Positions 10,787 through 17,976 of a stretch of DNA of 64,000 nt are shown one piece after another. The notes under the pieces were generated by a model, which saw only the letters and a program-made list of their open reading frames with translations, searched no databases and was not told the DNA's origin. Location of the stretch: positions 147,409 through 211,408 of the forward strand of contig CAWAHN010000016.1 in assembly GCA_963781845.1 (NCBI GenBank), written 5' to 3'. Position numbers and translations under genes: made by a program. This stretch comes from an uncultured Chloroflexia bacterium (GTDB lineage: Bacteria; Chloroflexota; Limnocylindria; Limnocylindrales; CSP1-4). Positions within the stretch are counted from its first letter, which is position 1. Every line of letters begins with the position of its first letter.

Positions 10787-10881
10787 AGCATGAGTGGTCC
10801 GCGCCCCAGCCTCGTCGCGGTACGCTTCGCGGGCGATCGCCGGCCCATGCCGGGCGATCGGTCATCGAAGCCGGAGGCCGG

Positions 10882-11481
10882 ATGATCGGGATCGGCGCGG
10901 TCGAGGCGCCATGGGGGCCGGTGCACGTCGCCGCGGATGCGGACGGCGTGATCGCCCTCGAGGTCCTGACCACGCCCGCTGCGTTCGAAGCGTCGGTGCG
11001 GCGTCGCCGGCCCGGTGAGCCGATCGCCGAGGATGCCCGGCACGCGCTCGATCCGCCGGTCCGGCGTCAGCTCGTCGCCGCCGTCGACGCCGTGGAGGCG
11101 TATCTCGACGGACAGCCGGACCGTCTCGCGGCCCTGCGCTATGCGCTTCACGGTCTGACCGACTGGGACCGCCTCGTCCTCGGCGGCGTGCGAGCCATCC
11201 CGTGCGGCGAGGTGACCAGCTACGGACGGCTGGCCGAGCGGATCGGCCGACGAGGCAGCGCCCGCGCGGTCGGCGGCGCCGTCGGCCGGAACCCGATCGG
11301 TCTGGTCGTGCCCTGCCACCGGGTCATCGCCGGCGACGGCTCGCTCGGCGGCTACGGCGGGTCGTGGCTCGGCGACCGCGACGCCCTGCTGGCGATCAAG
11401 CGCACGCTGCTGACCCTCGAAGGCGCCTGGACCGGCACGGGGACTGTCGGGTGGACGACGTTCGGAGCGCGGCACGGGTGA
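10882..11481 (+). CDS. ogt: Methylated-DNA-protein-cysteine methyltransferase
   Basis: Active-site motif PCHRVI, plus SYGRLAERIGRRGSARAVGGAVGRNPIGLVVPCHRV. Confidence 0.85.
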   Translation: MIGIGAVEAPWGPVHVAADADGVIALEVLTTPAAFEASVRRRRPGEPIAEDARHALDPPVRRQLVAAVDAVEAYLDGQPDRLAALRYALHGLTDWDRLVLGGVRAIPCGEVTSYGRLAERIGRRGSARAVGGAVGRNPIGLVVPCHRVIAGDGSLGGYGGSWLGDRDALLAIKRTLLTLEGAWTGTGTVGWTTFGARHG

Positions 11482-11556
11482 CTTCCCGACCACGGCCCGG
11501 GGCGCCTAGACTCGGACGTGCGACGGTGCGGTCGCGAGCCCGACGAGGAGACCCCG

Positions 11557-11742
11557 ATGACCGAACCCAAGGATCAGCCGGCGAACCCGACCGACGAGGA
11601 CGACACCTCCGGTCACTCGTTCGGCGACGAATACGCGCGGCAGCATGCCAATCAGAAGGCCCGCGAAGCCGACACCTGGGCGATGAAGCAAGCGCTCCGC
11701 AAGCAGGTCAAGAGCCCGCTCGACCGACTCCGCGGGCGCTGA
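11557..11742 (+). CDS. Small acidic protein with one DEDDTSGH motif and a KSP element (61 aa)
   Basis: GAGGAG lies 6 nt upstream of ATG 11557. MTEPKDQPANPTDEDDTSGHSFGDEYARQHANQKAREAD..RKQVKSPLDRLRGR. The tail aligns with the tail of the 16404-17021 protein. Confidence 0.6.
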   Translation: MTEPKDQPANPTDEDDTSGHSFGDEYARQHANQKAREADTWAMKQALRKQVKSPLDRLRGR

Positions 11743-11758
11743 CCCGGCAGCGGTCCCG

Positions 11759-13471
11759 GTGAGCGTCCTTCACGCCTACCGGGGCCTCCTCTCGAACCGT
11801 CCGCTGGTCCGCCTCCTCGGCGGGGAGTTCGTCAGCTCGATCGGCGACTGGCTGTACCTCGTCGCCCTGCTGATCGTCGTCTACGACGTCAGCGCCGACC
11901 CGATCATCCTCGGGATCGTCGGCGCTGCCCGGATCCTGCCCTACGTCCTTCTGTCGATCCCGGCCGGGATCATCGCCGATCGCTTCGAGCGTCGGCTCGT
12001 CCTGCTCGTCACCGACGTCGCGCGCGGGGTGATCATGGTCGCGATGGCCTGGCTCGTCGCGATCGACGGTCCGCTCCTGGCGATCGTCGGATTGGCCGTC
12101 CTCGCGACCTGCTTCTCGTGCTTCTTCGGCCCGACGATCGGCGCCTACCTGCCGACCCTGGTCCGCGACGAGAACGAGCTCGGGCCGGCGAACAGCGCCT
12201 GGTCGACGCTCGACAATCTCGCGTTCGTGATCGGGCCGGCTGTCGCCGGGCTGCTGATCGCCGCGAGCGGCCTGACCCTCGCCTTCGTGCTCAACGCGAT
12301 CTCGTTCGCGATCGTCGCCGTCGTCCTGTGGCGCCTGCCACGCGAGTACGGGAAGGGTGCCGAGCCGGCGGCAGCTGACCTGAGCCGGACGGAGGCCGTC
12401 GGGGCCGGGACCGATGACGCCACCGTGGCCGCGTCCCCCGGTGCACCGTCGACGGGACCGGGCACGGGCACGGTCGCGCGGGGGTCGCTCGTCCCGCTGG
12501 CCGGGCTCGCGCTCATCGACACGGTCGCCGGCTTCGTGTTCGGCGGCCTCGGCGTACTGACCGTCATCATCGCCGTCGACCAGCTCGGTGCGAGCGAGGC
12601 GGCGACCGGCTACCTCAATGCCGCGATCGGGATCGGCGGCATCCTCGGGGCGATCGGCTCGTCGGCATTCGTCGTCCGCCCCGCGCTCCGCGTGCCGCTG
12701 GTCATCGGCTCGGTCGGCCTGGCCGTCGGCGTCGGCGCGCTCGGTCTGTCGTCGAGTCTCGGGCCCGCGCTCATCGCGATGGCCATCGCCTCGGCGGGGA
12801 GCCTCCTGACCGAGGTGGTCAGCACGACCATCTTCCAGCGGACGATCCCCGATGTGATCCGGGGCCGAGCGCTCGGGACCATCGCGACGATCTCGACGCT
12901 GGCCTACGCGGCCGGCTCGCTCGTCCTGCCGGTCGCCGCGGATGTCGTCGGGATCAGCGAGGTCCTGCTCGTGTCGGGCGGCCTGGTCGTGGTCGGGTCG
13001 CTCGTCGCCGTCGCGTTGATCGGCTCTGCCGGCGACCACGGTCCGTCGGCCGAGCTGACGACCGCCGCCGAGCGCGTCGCCATCCTCCCGGTCTTCGCCG
13101 GCGTGCCCGCCTCGCGCCTGGCCCAGGCGTTCGCGCGTGCGATCGAGCTCGACGTCGCGACCGGCACCGTCGTCATCCGCCAGGGTGATCCGGCCGATCG
13201 GTTCTACGTCATCCTCGCCGGCGCATTCGACGTCGACCGAGCGGAGACGGCCGATACGGCCCCGGTCAGGCTGCGGACGATGGGCCCGGACGAGGTCTTC
13301 GGCGAGATCGGGCTCCTGACCGGGTCGGCGCGGACGGCGACCGTCACGGCGACGAGCGACGGCCGCCTGCTGGCCCTCGACGCTCCGGTATTCCTCGAGC
13401 TCGTCGCGTCGGCGGCGGAGGTCGGACCGCGATTGCTCGCCATCCATCGCGGCGGAGCGGCCACCGGCTGA
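11759..13471 (+). CDS. MFS transporter fused to a C-terminal cyclic-nucleotide-binding domain
   Basis: About 410 aa of multi-TM MFS-like sequence. This is followed by RFYVILAGAFDV..GPDEVFGEIGLLTGSARTATVTA, the canonical cNMP-binding beta-barrel signature. Confidence 0.8.
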   Translation: MSVLHAYRGLLSNRPLVRLLGGEFVSSIGDWLYLVALLIVVYDVSADPIILGIVGAARILPYVLLSIPAGIIADRFERRLVLLVTDVARGVIMVAMAWLVAIDGPLLAIVGLAVLATCFSCFFGPTIGAYLPTLVRDENELGPANSAWSTLDNLAFVIGPAVAGLLIAASGLTLAFVLNAISFAIVAVVLWRLPREYGKGAEPAAADLSRTEAVGAGTDDATVAASPGAPSTGPGTGTVARGSLVPLAGLALIDTVAGFVFGGLGVLTVIIAVDQLGASEAATGYLNAAIGIGGILGAIGSSAFVVRPALRVPLVIGSVGLAVGVGALGLSSSLGPALIAMAIASAGSLLTEVVSTTIFQRTIPDVIRGRALGTIATISTLAYAAGSLVLPVAADVVGISEVLLVSGGLVVVGSLVAVALIGSAGDHGPSAELTTAAERVAILPVFAGVPASRLAQAFARAIELDVATGTVVIRQGDPADRFYVILAGAFDVDRAETADTAPVRLRTMGPDEVFGEIGLLTGSARTATVTATSDGRLLALDAPVFLELVASAAEVGPRLLAIHRGGAATG

Positions 13472-13618
13472 TCCGGGTGTCGCCCAGGCGACGCTCGGAC
13501 CGTCGCACGTCGGTCTGCCGCCGCGTCGGCGCGCGGTGTACGGTTGCCGACGGGTGGACAGGACCGCGGTCCATCCGATCTCGGTCGACCGAGGCCGCGC
13601 GGCCGGCAGGAGGCTTCG

Positions 13619-13834
13619 ATGCCAGAGCACGACGACACCAAGGCACCCGGGATGATGTCCCGGATCGACGACGACGACGTCGAGGGCCACGGCGGGCACG
13701 TCAAGTCGCCCCGAGCGACCGAAGACGACGTCGAGGGCCACGGCGGGCACGTCAAGTCGCCCCGAGCGACCGAGGACGACGACGTCGAGGGACATTTCGG
13801 ACAGCTCAAGAGCCCGTCCAGCCGCGGCGAGTAG
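13619..13834 (+). CDS. Small repeat protein, three DVEGH units (71 aa)
   Basis: GGCAGGAGG lies upstream of ATG 13619. MPEHDDTKAPGMMSRIDDDDVEGHGGHVKSPRATEDDVEGHGGHVKSPRATEDDDVEGHFGQLKSPSSRGE. Confidence 0.7.
   Translation: MPEHDDTKAPGMMSRIDDDDVEGHGGHVKSPRATEDDVEGHGGHVKSPRATEDDDVEGHFGQLKSPSSRGE
13670..13795 (+). repeat. 51-bp in-frame tandem repeat (2 copies plus a 54-bp variant), paralogous to the 16.7-17.0 kb array
   Basis: GACGTCGAGGGCCAC occurs at 13676 and 13727, and a variant at 13781. The unit is roughly 90% identical by eye to the reverse complement of the 51-bp unit at 16701. Confidence 0.8.
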
Positions 13835-13874
13835 TCGGCCCTGACCCTCGCCGCCGCCACGCCCGCGGGAACCG

Positions 13875-14702
13875 TCAGCCGCCCGGCCGCGCCCCGTTGG
13901 AGACGGCCGCCAGGATCGCCTTGACCTCGAACGGCGTCGCCCCCGGATGCTTCGCGCGGATGAGCGCGGCGAGGCCCGCGACGTGCGGGGCGGCGAAGCT
14001 GTTGCCGGTCGCGACCATCCGCGAGCCGTCCTTCCAGGCGACGTCCACGTCGACGCCGTACGCCCCGAACTCCACCGGCGGGCTCGGGTTGTAGAACCAC
14101 GTCCAGCGGTCCGGGATGTCGTGGGCCGCCACGGAGATGACCGACGCGAAGAGCGAGGGATAGCTCGGCCCCGGGACGTTGTTGGCGGCACTCACCAGGA
14201 CCACGTTCGCGAAGTACGCCTCGTCGACGATCTCGTGGAACACGGCGAACATGGCGTCGCTCTTCGACGACAGGCTGAGATTGATGACCGACGCCCCCTG
14301 GGCGACGGCCCACTCGAGTCCGGCCGCGAAGATCGAGCCCTTGCCCCGGTTGTCGGGTCCGAGGACGCGCACGGAGATGATGTCGGCACCCGGTGCCAGC
14401 CCGTGGATGATCCCCGCGCAGGCGGTGCCGTGACCGACGACGTCGATCGCCTCGGGATCGTCCACGACGACCGGATCCTCCTCGCCGGGCTCGACCCGGA
14501 CGCTTCGGATGAGCTTGCCCCCGACCGCCGGGTGGTCGCGCTCGACGCCGGAGTCGACGATGGCGACGGTCACGCCGGTCCCGTCGACGCCGCCGAAGGC
14601 CGTCTCGCGATCGATCCCCGCGATCGGCACGGACCGGTCGAGGGCGCCGCGCCGCTCCCCGATGAAGGGCTCGCTCCAGGCGGGCAGGTATGGATCGGTC
14701 AA
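13875..14702 (-). CDS. S8-family subtilisin-like serine peptidase with no obvious signal peptide
   Basis: Catalytic triad contexts AIVDSGV, GHGTACAG and GNSFAAPHVAG. The start is proposed at TTG 14702, which overlaps the GAF gene stop as TTGA. The ORF stays open up to 14861. Confidence 0.8.
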   Translation of the reverse strand: MTDPYLPAWSEPFIGERRGALDRSVPIAGIDRETAFGGVDGTGVTVAIVDSGVERDHPAVGGKLIRSVRVEPGEEDPVVVDDPEAIDVVGHGTACAGIIHGLAPGADIISVRVLGPDNRGKGSIFAAGLEWAVAQGASVINLSLSSKSDAMFAVFHEIVDEAYFANVVLVSAANNVPGPSYPSLFASVISVAAHDIPDRWTWFYNPSPPVEFGAYGVDVDVAWKDGSRMVATGNSFAAPHVAGLAALIRAKHPGATPFEVKAILAAVSNGARPGG

Positions 14703-15547
14703 CGGTCGTCGAGGCGCGGATCCGGGGCCATCCGCCCGCGTCGGCGCGACCGGACGTCGCGCTCGGCCTGGCGAGCCAGGGCGGCCAACAGGTCGGTCAC
14801 CAGCTCGAGCCGATCCGGGTCGACGCCGCGGATCCGGGCGACCTGCTCGACGAGCGTCCACAGATGCGAATCGTCGTCGCGGCCGAGCCCATCGGTCGCC
14901 GCCAGGACGAGCTCGTCGAGCGCGGCCTCCGTGACGGGATCCGTGCGATCGTCGTCGGACGTCGACGCCAGCTCGGCGAGCGTCGCGCGGAGCAGCCCGG
15001 CCAGGTCGCGCTCCACCCGGCTGGCCCGGATCGCGACGGCCGCCTGCCGGGCGAAGACGCCGGCCAGCTCGATGTCCCGCAGCGAGAACGCCGCCTGGCT
15101 GCGCTTGTCGAGGACCTCGAGGACGCCGATCGTGCCGTGGTCGTCGACCAGGGGGACGGCGACGATCGAGCGCGGCACGTACGCCGTCTTCTCGGCGACC
15201 GTCCGCCCGAAGCGCGGATCGCTCGCGACGTCCGACAGGGCGAGCGCCTGGCCCGACGTGTAGACGTAGCCGGCGATCCCCTGGTCGGGCCGGATCGCGA
15301 CCCCGATGACGCCCTGGCCCTGCTGGCCCGCCGCGACCTCGAAGACCAGCCGATCGGTGGCGGCGTCGTACAGCGCGATCGAGGCGGCCTCGGCCTCGAA
15401 CAGGGCCACGGTCGCCTCCACGACGGAACGGAGCACGGCCCGGGCGGAGCCGATCTCCAGGCGACGAGCGACATCGCCCCGGAGGGCGATGCGCTGCAGG
15501 AGTCCGACGGCCTCCGGACCGAGGGTCGGGGGCCGATCGTCAGTCAT
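14699..15547 (-). CDS. GAF-domain protein with a C-terminal helical extension
   Basis: ASIALYDAATDRLVFEVAAGQQG..GIAGYVYTSGQALALSDVASDPRF..SIVAVPLVDDHGTIGVLEVLDK. Confidence 0.75.
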   Translation of the reverse strand: MTDDRPPTLGPEAVGLLQRIALRGDVARRLEIGSARAVLRSVVEATVALFEAEAASIALYDAATDRLVFEVAAGQQGQGVIGVAIRPDQGIAGYVYTSGQALALSDVASDPRFGRTVAEKTAYVPRSIVAVPLVDDHGTIGVLEVLDKRSQAAFSLRDIELAGVFARQAAVAIRASRVERDLAGLLRATLAELASTSDDDRTDPVTEAALDELVLAATDGLGRDDDSHLWTLVEQVARIRGVDPDRLELVTDLLAALARQAERDVRSRRRGRMAPDPRLDDR

Positions 15548-15553
15548 CGCCGG

Positions 15554-16252
15554 TCATCGTTCGGCGGCGCGAGCGAGGCGATCCAGGTCGGGGATGATGA
15601 GCGCGTCGCGCTCGAGTCGCACCAGGTCCTGGGCGGTCATGTCGGCGAGCAGTCGATTGACCGTCTGACGTGTCCCGCCGATCATCGCGGCGAGGTCGCT
15701 CTGGGTGAATGGCCAATCGAGCCGGATGTCCTTCGTGACGCCGGGTTGCGCCTCGCGCGCGAGCCGGACGATGCGACTGGCGAGCCGCCCGGGCAGATCG
15801 AGGAAGTGCAGCTCCTCGACGTGGCCGGTCAACCGACGGAGCTCGGTCACCAGGCCGGCGAACAGGGCCTTGCGGAGCTGCGGCTGGGTCTCGACGAGGT
15901 CCTCGAAGCGATCGCGACGAAGGACGAGGGCCTCGGTCGACTCGATCGCGACCGCGGTCGCCGAGTGCGGGGCCCCATCGAGCAGGGCGAGCTCGCCGAA
16001 GAAGTCGCCGCGCATCAGGGTCGCGATGATCGCACCCTCCTCGCCCTCGGGTGATGGCAGGACGATCTTGACCGAGCCGGATTCGATGATGTAGAGCGAG
16101 TCGCCCGGGTCGCCCTGATGGAAGATGATCTCGTTCTTGCGGTAGCGCCGGACCCGGAGCGAGGAGGCGCACAGCTCGAGCGTCCCGTCGTCGACCTTGG
16201 CGAACAGCGCGCAGCGGCGCAGCGCCTCGACCGCGAACTCCGACTCGCTCAT
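15554..16252 (-). CDS. Crp/Fnr-family transcriptional regulator (cNMP-binding domain plus HTH)
   Basis: IIFHQGDPGDSLYIIESGSVKI..GDFFGELALLDGAPHSATAVA, with the C-terminal HTH QSDLAAMIGGTRQTVNRLL. GGAGGA lies upstream of ATG 16252. The ORF is open to 16288. Confidence 0.85.
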   Translation of the reverse strand: MSESEFAVEALRRCALFAKVDDGTLELCASSLRVRRYRKNEIIFHQGDPGDSLYIIESGSVKIVLPSPEGEEGAIIATLMRGDFFGELALLDGAPHSATAVAIESTEALVLRRDRFEDLVETQPQLRKALFAGLVTELRRLTGHVEELHFLDLPGRLASRIVRLAREAQPGVTKDIRLDWPFTQSDLAAMIGGTRQTVNRLLADMTAQDLVRLERDALIIPDLDRLARAAER

Positions 16253-16377
16253 CGATCCTCCGTTGACCGGTCCGTCGACACGTGGCACATCGTAGTCGGC
16301 ACCCGGCGGGCAGTCGAGGCGGGAATCAACGAGGCGGCGCCGGTCGGCGTCGCCTCGTCTTCGAGCCTGGTCCGGGT

Positions 16378-16395
16378 GGGCGCCTAGGGCGCCCC
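16378..16395 (-). terminator. GC hairpin GGGCGCC-tag-GGCGCCC just after the stop of the repeat gene
   Basis: 7-bp stem beginning 9 nt past stop codon 16404-16406. A second imperfect hairpin lies at 16331-16360 (ACGAGGCG..CGCCTCGT). Neither has a strong U-tract. Confidence 0.3.
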
Positions 16396-16403
16396 GACCA
16401 CGA

Positions 16404-17021
16404 TCACTTCTTGTGCGGTCGGCTCGCCTCGCGGGCCTCGTGGTTGCGCAGGTTGCGCTGGATGTCCTGCTCCCGCGCCCGAGCCAGGTGCTGGCTCAGC
16501 ACGGGGTTGCCGTACATGTGGCCTTCGGCATCGTCCTCGCCGTCCTCGATCGCGCGGCGCTTCCGATGTCCCTCGACATCCTCCTCGCCATCGTCGATCG
16601 CGCGGCGCTTCCGATGTCCCTCGACATCCTCCTCGCCATCGTCGATCGCGCGGCGCTTCCGATGTCCCTCGACGTCGTCGTCTTCGGTCGCTCGGGGCGA
16701 CTTGGTGTGCCCGCCGTGGCCTTCGACGTCGTCGTCGGTCGCTCGCGGCGACTTGGTGTGCCCGCCGTGGCCTTCGACGTCGTCGTCGGTCGCTCGCGGC
16801 GACTTGGTGTGCCCGCCGTGGCCTTCGACGTCGTCGTCGGTCGCTCGCGGCGACTTGGTGTGCCCGCCGTGGCCTTCGACGTCGTCGTCGGTCGCTCGCG
16901 GCGACTTGGTGTGCCCGCCGTGGCCTTCGACGTCGTCGTCGGTCGCTCGCGGCGACTTGGTGTGCCCGCCGTGGCCTTCGACGTCGTCGTCGGTCGCTCG
17001 CGGGGTCTGCTTGTTCGACAT
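16404..17021 (-). CDS. Acidic His-rich tandem-repeat protein with 10 D-[VA]-E-G-H units (205 aa)
   Basis: AGGAGA lies 7 nt upstream of ATG 17021. Six copies of TDDDVEGHGGHTKSPRA, three of DVEGHRKRRAIDDGEE, then DDAEGHMYGNPVLSQHLARAREQDIQRNLRNHEAREASRPHKK. Confidence 0.75.
   Translation of the reverse strand: MSNKQTPRATDDDVEGHGGHTKSPRATDDDVEGHGGHTKSPRATDDDVEGHGGHTKSPRATDDDVEGHGGHTKSPRATDDDVEGHGGHTKSPRATDDDVEGHGGHTKSPRATEDDDVEGHRKRRAIDDGEEDVEGHRKRRAIDDGEEDVEGHRKRRAIEDGEDDAEGHMYGNPVLSQHLARAREQDIQRNLRNHEAREASRPHKK
16541..16690 (-). repeat. 48-bp in-frame tandem repeat, about 3 copies
   Basis: GATCGCGCGGCGCTTCCGATGTCCCTCGAC occurs at 16547, 16595 and 16643. Confidence 0.85.
16684..17003 (-). repeat. 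51-bp in-frame tandem repeat, about 6 copies
   Basis: CTTGGTGTGCCCGCCGTGGCC occurs at 16701, 16752, 16803, 16854, 16905 and 16956. Five consecutive units read as identical. Confidence 0.9.
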
Positions 17022-17159
17022 CGTGATCTCCTATCGGCTGCCCGGACTTCGGCTCTTGTCATCGAGCCAGGCCATCTTGCGCTGGCGGCCGACCGACCGT
17101 CCAGCGTGTCGTGTGACGCTGAGAGTGTCGGACAGGCGACGTTCCTCGAGCGGGCGAGC

Positions 17160-17816
17160 TCAGCCGCGGGTGACCGGACGCATCGGGTAGACCCCGACCA
17201 CGATCGGCGCGACGGGATCGAGCTGGAGCTCGTAGCCGACCTCTCCGCCGCGGAGCAGCTCGCCGAGCATGAGGCCCTCGCGTTCCGGCAGCCCGACGAA
17301 GATCCGGCCGGGCGGGACGTCGATCCCGGTCACGTCGTCATCCTCAGCCGCGATCAGGAACCGGCGGCGGATCTCATGCATCGGGATGTACGCACGACTC
17401 TTGATGAAGCGCCGGAGCTGGGCGGTCGTGCACGTGCCGTGACGTTCGCCGGAGGGTGGCGGGGAACCCGCCCCGATCGGGGTCGTCGTCCGGGCGCCCG
17501 CGGGCGGCATGGACGCCGCCGGCGTCGGGGAGGTCGCATCGACGCGCGGCTCGGGAGCCGGGACCGCGACCGGCGTGGCGACCTGGGGGGTCGACGCAGC
17601 CGGATCCAGGTGAGCGTCGACGTCACCCCCGCCGACCTGCGCACGCGCCGAGGCCTGGTCGACGTCGAGCGTCGATCGGCCCGGATCGACATCCGCCGCA
17701 GCCGCGGTCGAGCTCGGTGCGGCGGGCCGCGCGACCCGCGTGGGATCGTGGGGGCGTGGTCCGCCACGGTGGTCCGGATGCCGCGGGCGGCCGCCACGGC
17801 CGGTCCGGCGGCTCAC
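17160..17816 (-). CDS. Hypothetical protein: low-complexity N-part, conserved-looking C-domain
   Basis: C-terminal about 100 aa: CTTAQLRRFIKSRAYIPMHEIRRRFLIAAEDDDVTGIDVPPGRIFVGLPEREGLMLGELLRGGEVGYELQLDPVAPIVVGVYPM. Alternative start at ATG 17510. Confidence 0.4.
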   Translation of the reverse strand: MSRRTGRGGRPRHPDHRGGPRPHDPTRVARPAAPSSTAAAADVDPGRSTLDVDQASARAQVGGGDVDAHLDPAASTPQVATPVAVPAPEPRVDATSPTPAASMPPAGARTTTPIGAGSPPPSGERHGTCTTAQLRRFIKSRAYIPMHEIRRRFLIAAEDDDVTGIDVPPGRIFVGLPEREGLMLGELLRGGEVGYELQLDPVAPIVVGVYPMRPVTRG

Positions 17817-17976
17817 GAGTGGGCCATCCGGGAGCGTCGCCGGGCGTGGCGAGTCAGGGTCGGCTGGGTTCCGTCATCGCCGAAGCGACGGTCGAAGGTG
17901 ACAGGCATCGGTCCGAACGCGTAGGGCTGGGCGCGCTCGTCTGGCGCGTCGGTCAGTCGATGATACCGCGCCCGGC

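Noticed and set aside
11708-14191. 827-aa ORF on the minus strand
   Set aside because: It is antisense to the MFS-cNMP gene and to the small repeat gene. It is low-complexity and carries no motifs.
16541-17003. Possible CRISPR array
   Set aside because: The repeat units are directly contiguous with no spacers. Their periods (48 and 51 bp) are multiples of 3 and lie inside an ORF. No cas genes are present.
17022-17159. Possible Crp-binding site upstream of the 10-repeat gene
   Set aside because: TCACA-like half-sites are present (GTCACACGACAC), but there is no TGTGA-N6-TCACA palindrome. Only a loose direct repeat of CGACAC is visible.
16282-17924. Plus-strand ORFs (302 aa and 503 aa) across the repeat array
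   Set aside because: They are mirror frames of the minus-strand repeat gene. Only the minus-strand frame has an RBS and ATG, and only it preserves the DVEGH/KSP motif shared with the independently oriented paralog at 13619-13834.
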